64,000 nt of DNA. Origin: Paraspadella gotoi (taxonomy: Eukaryota > Animalia > Chaetognatha). Shown piece by piece: positions 57,901 through 64,000 of this stretch. The first letter of the stretch is position 1. Every line of letters starts with the position of its first letter. The position numbers were made by a program, and so were the translations under genes. The DNA lies in contig CM119265.1 of NCBI GenBank assembly GCA_051294375.1, positions 12,950,124 to 13,014,123 of the forward strand. Reading direction: 5' to 3'. Below the pieces are notes generated by a model. The model was not told the DNA's origin, did not search any database, and saw nothing but the letters and a program-made list of their open reading frames with translations.

Positions 57901-60900
57901 TTTGATCGCGTTTTTATGATGCATTTTTGAATATTACAATTATTATAGTACCTTTCTATTAAATATAAACGCAATTGATGAATATTATTTCTGAATCTTT
58001 AATAAAAAAATTTTGTACTCGATAATCATACTATCTCGCATAAAATTATTATTGTTATTTGACTAAAATCAATTTTTTGTTATCAATCTGATAAGCCGAT
58101 CCGACTAAAAAAATCTTAAAAGCATAAGGATCGTCGCAATAGCATAAGAAAAATCTGGATTGACGACAAATTTTAATACTAAAAAAAAAAAAAAAAAATT
58201 TGAGAAAAGAAAATTAAATTATAAACGAAGAAAAATTCTATTTTGCGATTGTCAATAAAAAAAAATAATAAAGTACGGAAGAAAATTCGAGTTACAGTTT
58301 CTGAAAAATAGCAAAATGGTAACATGCACGAATACGATGCCTAATTTTACGAGTTCAATCCTATTTAAATTTTTTTTTTAAATAAAAACGCAGAGAGAGA
58401 GAGAGAGAAAAAAAAGAAATCAAAAGGCAGCAGCAGAAGCAGCAGAAGCAGCAGGAGAAAAGAGAGAAAAAGAATAAACCCCTGCAAAGCCAGCTGCAGG
58501 CTCGTTTTTTTCCCCTATGATTATGAATCAGTGACTAGGGAAAAAAGAGAGGGAGAGAGACATGTAATTAAAAGAGAAAAGAGAGAGAGAAAGAAATATG
58601 AAAAAAGAGAAAAAATTTGTTTTGATAAAACGTAAACAAAACATATTTAATAACTGTCCAGACTCAATTTTAAGCACATCGATGATGAGAAGCTGTATAT
58701 AAATTTTCAGCTTCATACACCCAAATTTAATCATAAAAAAGGCGATCTATAATTTGGAACGCCGACGACAACAACGACGCCACTTATGGGCAAAAGCGAT
58801 ACAATATCGTCGCAAACGCTTAGCGATTGCGACGATAAAAATATAAGAAAAAGCGATCTATCATTTAGAACACCGACGACGACACCGACGCCATTTATTG
58901 GGACGATCGTAACAAAATCGTCGCGCAAGCGATTGCGAATTAAAAGATGAAGCGATTGGTCCAAATCCTATTAAAATCGAGCAAAGCGTTCAAAAGTTAT
59001 AGGACGTCAGTTGATTGGTACTAAAAATCTGATAAAAGCAGTTGAGTGATTACTTACCCAAAGTTACTTTCAAAGCTTTTTCATGAAATTGGTACAACCA
59101 ATATAAAAATTATCCATTCATTTAATAAATAAGCTATCTTGCCCCTGACTTTGGACAGGCTTTGGTGGTTTAAGGCCTCCATCACTCTTACAAGATAATG
59201 ACATAGCAGGTCCCTGCAAGCTTTCAATCAAGACTCTCTCACAGTCTCGTTTATTCACTCCTAGAGTGATATTTTAGTTTTTTCTGTATGGCATCTCATG
59301 TTGAAACAGACTAATATAAACTCACAATTATATTAAAAATAAATTACTTAATTTTTGTGATTATTATTTCGTTTCGTTGGTGTATTTGATATTAGAAGAC
59401 GTTTGAAAGTTTATACAACAATTTTAACAGTTGGTTAAACTAACCTAAATCAATCTTGAATCGATTTCACTCAATTCATTCACTTGACTTTGTTCACTCT
59501 GATTTTCGTTCACTTCCGGTCGTATTTGTCTGCTCACTACTCGAATCTTTACCAAACTTGAAGAAAATTAATTTTCTTTTTTTTTCTTCTGTTTTTTAGG
59601 GCTGTCTCCAAGGGTGTAGGAGAGGCTGTGACTGCTGTCCAGTCTGCCCTAGCCCCCCTTGAAATAAAAATCGTTGTATGAACTTTCAAACGTCTTTTAT
59701 TATTAATTTTTGTAATTTTAATACAATTTTTCAAATTTTTTTAAAAAATACTATATTTACTATTATTATTTAACAAAATTTTTTATTATAGAAAAGTAAA
59801 GCAAATTTATTGCCAACCCTTTCATATGTTTAATTCCATTATGATTTTGTCAATTCTACAGGGTAGTGAATCAAAACTTAGAATAGTATTTACCATCAGT
59901 TTTTATAGGCAAAAAGTTATTGCATGTCTTTTTATAATACACTAAAATAATCACTGCTTTTTTTCTTTCTGATACAGGTTTTTTTTTCCTCATGCAACTA
60001 CAATACGCTGCGCTACTAAAAAGATTGTAACATTGGTTGTATTTGCTCTGCGCCGGTTTAAAGCTTAAAACTACTAATAAATATTTTAATGTTCCCTAGC
60101 AGTATGTTATATTATAAAGAAGGCTATTAAGAATAAGAATAACTACTATGTTAAGTCGGGAAAGCGTGCGCTCAAGCTCGAGTCGATTAAAGGAAAATTT
60201 TAAAGTGAACAAATGAAAAACTCCATTTAGAAATATTTACTGGCACATCTTATTTTTTCTATCTTATGGCCATGAAACTGCCACAGTTTAACAAGACCTA
60301 TTTTAAACTTAATTAATAAAAATAATTTAAGATGCTATAAATTTTCTTTTCTTAAGTTATCAGACAAAAAAAAATACTTCCTTATATTATAGCTACTATG
60401 CAAAAATCCATTGCTGCAGTCTATTATGAAATTGGTACAACCAATATAAAAATTATCCATCCATTTAATAAATAAGCAATCTTGTCCCTGACTTTGGACA
60501 GGCTTTGGTGGTTTAAGGCCTCCATCACACTTGCAAGATAATAACATCAAGGGTTTCTGCAAGCTTTTTATTAGCGGTAGCCAACCAAATTCAAATTTTA
60601 ATGGGAACAGCATTAAACTAATCCATTATTGGTATTAATTATTGTATTAAAATATTTTTTTGCAAAAATGTTCCGAACCATGAGTAATTCGCTATTTAAT
60701 ATTATTATATTGCTAAATAATGTCAACATTTTTTTGTGGATATTTTAAGTTTTTTTAATTGATTCTGATAGAGCTTAAAAAGTTAACCAAAAAATATAAT
60801 TACAACTTTTTAAAATTTTGATGTTTTATTACTAAAAATTAGTAAAAACTGCTAAAATCATCGGATGATGATGATGATGATTTTTTAAGGTTTTTCTCAA

Positions 60901-62265
60901 TTTAAACCCACTTATCATCAAAATATTGAAAAAAGAATTATACTTTGTGTAGATAACTTTTTATAAGCTATTTGAATCTGCTTTTAAAAATAAAAAATTC
61001 AAAAAAAAATTTTTGACATTCGCTATCTATAAATAAATATTAAAAAATTAATTACTAATGCTTCTTGCCATTTTAGAAAATTTTGCTCCATTGAAAGTTT
61101 TCTCAGAAATGTATGAAGTTTCATTTGGAAATGTTCCCAAATCAAACTTCTGACTCATCCCATTGACGAAGTTTGGCTCTATTTTAATCAAACCAATCTC
61201 ACAGACTTGTTTATTCACTCCCAGTGCTTATATTGTTCTGAGATTCCATTTCGTGACATGTATAAAGAGTCAATACTCTTGGGGTTATTATGCATGGCTG
61301 TAACAAAGGGCATTATTATATACAGCGGGAAAAAAAAAATTTCAGCTGAACCAACATTTTAATTTTTGACTAAATGATTTTTGGGCTTGATAATATCCAC
61401 ATCTAATTCTCCTAAGCTGTGCTAAGTAGGGCGTTTTAAATGGGGAGACTCATATGACTTTCAACCAAAATATCAATGGCGTAGGATAAACTGTCTACGA
61501 GCAGTGGCTCAATCTTTCAGAAGCGTTTATGAAGAGCAGCTTTTGGGTGCTGTGGCTAGAGTGGTTTTTGCAGCAGTGCTTGTCGCATTGCATTAATAGT
61601 TAGAACTAGGTCTGGTTAAGTATCTTCAATTAAATTTTTTTCTTTAAATGCACCCGATACGTCACAAAATAAAAAAAGTGATATGGATTTTCTATGTTTT
61701 GAATCACTACCCTATATATTGTAAGCATCAGTCAGAAAAAGAAGTGTCATCAAAGCTAACCTTTGGAAATCATTTTTTCCCAATTCAGCTTTGAGACTGC
61801 CTGAACCAATTCAAATTTTTCTTGCACAAATCTATAGCTCTTTAAAAGCGCTATACTTTTCATATAAATTTTCTTAAAATTATTAAAGTCTAAAGTTAAT
61901 AAGTGGCTACTTTTTTTTTGCGCAGCAGTATAAAAATACGGCAACAAGTGGTGCATTAAAATAATACCCGAGTCTTCCGGCGCGGGAAGGCCTCCGCAGT
62001 AAGAAATGAACTTAGTAATTTTTCCTGCATTGCTTTTGACAGCATCGAAACAATCCATGGCAATCAAGTGGTCAATGCCTGGATCAACTCCAACCTAATA
62101 TTTTTTTATATCAGCATAGTGTAAGCTACTTACGACATAAATATATTAAGGAAAACAAACATTAACCTCGTTCATGCAAGTTATATCAGCCGCCAAAGCT
62201 GCTCGGTGAAGTTTTCGCAGTTCGTCAGAAGTATATGACGCTGTAACCATGTTTGTCTGTTTTTG
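51905..62265 (-). CDS. AASS: Alpha-aminoadipic semialdehyde synthase, saccharopine dehydrogenase domain (5' part lies beyond the window)
   Basis: NMVTASY..., MNE|[17 protein letters not shown]...[12 protein letters not shown]|[18 protein letters not shown] (exon about 56663-56751), [17 protein letters not shown]|[33 protein letters not shown]. Confidence 0.95.
53534..54233. mobile_element. Tc1/mariner-type MITE, second copy
   Basis: Same TIRs and TA flanks as 49017-49746, with collinear internal sequence. Confidence 0.88.
54506..54548 (-). ncRNA. Minimal type I hammerhead-like motif
   Basis: Minus strand CTGATGA A GGCTT acattg AAGCT GAAAC ATGT C. The core is intact and stem III is palindromic, but stem I is poorly paired. 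An inverted degenerate partner lies at 54650-54692(+). Confidence 0.6.
57526..57759 (-). mobile_element. Second copy of the tRNA-Gly head + twister element
   Basis: Collinear reverse complement of 35204-35437. Confidence 0.8.
57579..57652 (-). ncRNA. Type-P5 twister-ribozyme-like motif
   Basis: GCAGT taa G[A]GG GA CGG GGCGCT T^AA CCT GC CTGTAACA tgg TGTTACAG CCTGA TCCAAAGC TCAGG g ACTGC. GA is intact; there is one T1 mismatch (CCA vs CGG). Confidence 0.8.
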
Positions 62266-64000
62266 TAAGAATTTTTTTAGGAAATCACTGAATAAGTAAA
62301 TTACCAAACAAAGAAAAGGCCGTAAAACTTGATACTTTTACTAATTATTGATAGGGTAGTGCGGGGTATTTCGGAACACTAATTAGGGCAGTCTGGTGAT
62401 TTTTTATTTTTATTAAGAAAATTTGTTTTCACATGCTGTCATGTAGCAGACATCGTTAGCTTTCATATGATACCTCACATGATGCATTAAAATTATTTTA
62501 TGATAACATTATGACATTAAAAAAAATTGTGCTAATTTTTTTCTGCCAGGCCTCGTAGACACAGCTAAATCTTAAAATTTAAAAATCTGATTATACAGTC
62601 TTTTAGCCCTATGTCAGTAGTTTTGAAATCAGGGGGAACAAAGTTTGAACTCCTAAATTATCATATTTAAATCATATGTTTTTTAAGGTTCCTACAATAA
62701 TTTTTTTGTTTTTCCACAAAATGATAATCATTTTACTTAGTAATTATATAAAAATTTGAGGTATGACACAATGAAAAATAACGTGGCAAAACTGTCTCGT
62801 GCTGATTTTGTCCCTTTAAAATTGTTTCTGAGCTAAATTAATTGATTATCACTTTTAGTAATATGTGCGATATACACTACTGGGCATTACTGTGTCTGAC
62901 CATAACCCTTGACCATTAACAAAAAAGCTAACTTGATCAAAAATAGTAAAAAAGATGAAGCAATATAGCTCGAAACGCTTACAAAATTTTAAACCATTGC
63001 TTTTATAAATACAAAAAAAATATTAATATTATTAAAACAAAACTTTAACTATAACTTAATAGTTAACCAAGAGCAAGATGAATATTTTTTACCCATCATT
63101 TCCTCAATTTATATGAATCATTTGTTTGTAATTAGTCAATCTAAATAACAATATGACAAATTCATTTTCAGTTTTTTTTATGAATGGGAAGTTTTCTCTG
63201 CTTACTCTCCTTGTATCTAATTATCTAATATTTTCGAGGGATTTTTAAAAACCTTATATAATTGCTATATTTTTTACTTTTTTTCAATTCTTTCAAACAA
63301 AAACAACATCATAAAAATATTTTAAATTAATAAAAAAAAATTGATCGAATGATTTTGAAAAAAAATATTTTGAAACTTTAGAATAATGGATTTCGAGTTA
63401 GGAAAAAAAATTTACAATTCTAAAAAAATCAGCCTCTAACCTTTTAATTTTTCTAAAGGCTGATTTTTTAAAATTTTATTAAAATTGATCTTTATTAACA
63501 ACTTGAAATTAAATTTTTTTTGCGAAGATGTCAGTCATTAAATAGATGGCTTATCCCATCTTTTAATAATCAAGCGCAATGAATAATCACACCATCAACT
63601 GTATCATTTTTTTTTTACCAGAAGAATTAAAGTAAAGCAGAAGGGAGTAATGCAGTTGTTATGAAGTTCCAACCTATCACATAACAAATTTTTTAAAAGT
63701 AATTTGTCACTAAAGAAGTCTTGCAAAAGAAATCATACTTAATTACTTATGCTGTATAAAAACTGACTGGGTAAAAAACCGAATCATCTTTACAAAAACA
63801 AGTTTGAGCAAACAATGTCGGATCCGCCTACGATAATTAATTAATCGATTAATTTTAATAATTATAATTTATATTCAGCTTATCATTGATGTCCTTAAAA
63901 TTGAGTCAGGACAGTTATTAAATGTTTTGTTTACATTTTATCAAAACAAACAAATATCCTCTATTTTATTTTATGTCTCATTCTCTCTCTCTTTCTGTAT

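Overview
AT-rich, intron-containing animal DNA, probably from a trans-splicing invertebrate such as a nematode-like lineage (inferred, not established). Genes: FUBP/KHSRP (PSI-like, partial, -), an unidentified multi-exon + strand gene, POLE3 (-), SNAPC5 (-), DPM2 (+), CPSF2 (-), ABCD3/PMP70 (-), an ankyrin-SOCS-box gene (-), phytochelatin synthase (-), LRWD1/ORCA (+) and the saccharopine-dehydrogenase half of AASS (-, partial). Introns and intergenic DNA are packed with MITEs, Helentron-like elements and Penelope remnants. The main signal is a set of nine circularly permuted (type P5) twister-ribozyme-like motifs, read by eye. They sit in at least four different small non-coding elements, show compensatory changes in both pseudoknots, and mostly have a tiny palindromic P1. 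One host element (47155-47856) is LTR-internal-LTR with a 4-bp TSD and a twister motif in each LTR, i.e. a retrozyme-like design using twister instead of hammerhead. Another fuses a tRNA-Gly-derived head directly to a twister. Minimal Penelope-type hammerhead motifs and operon-like gene packing are also present. No folding, alignment or database search was run.
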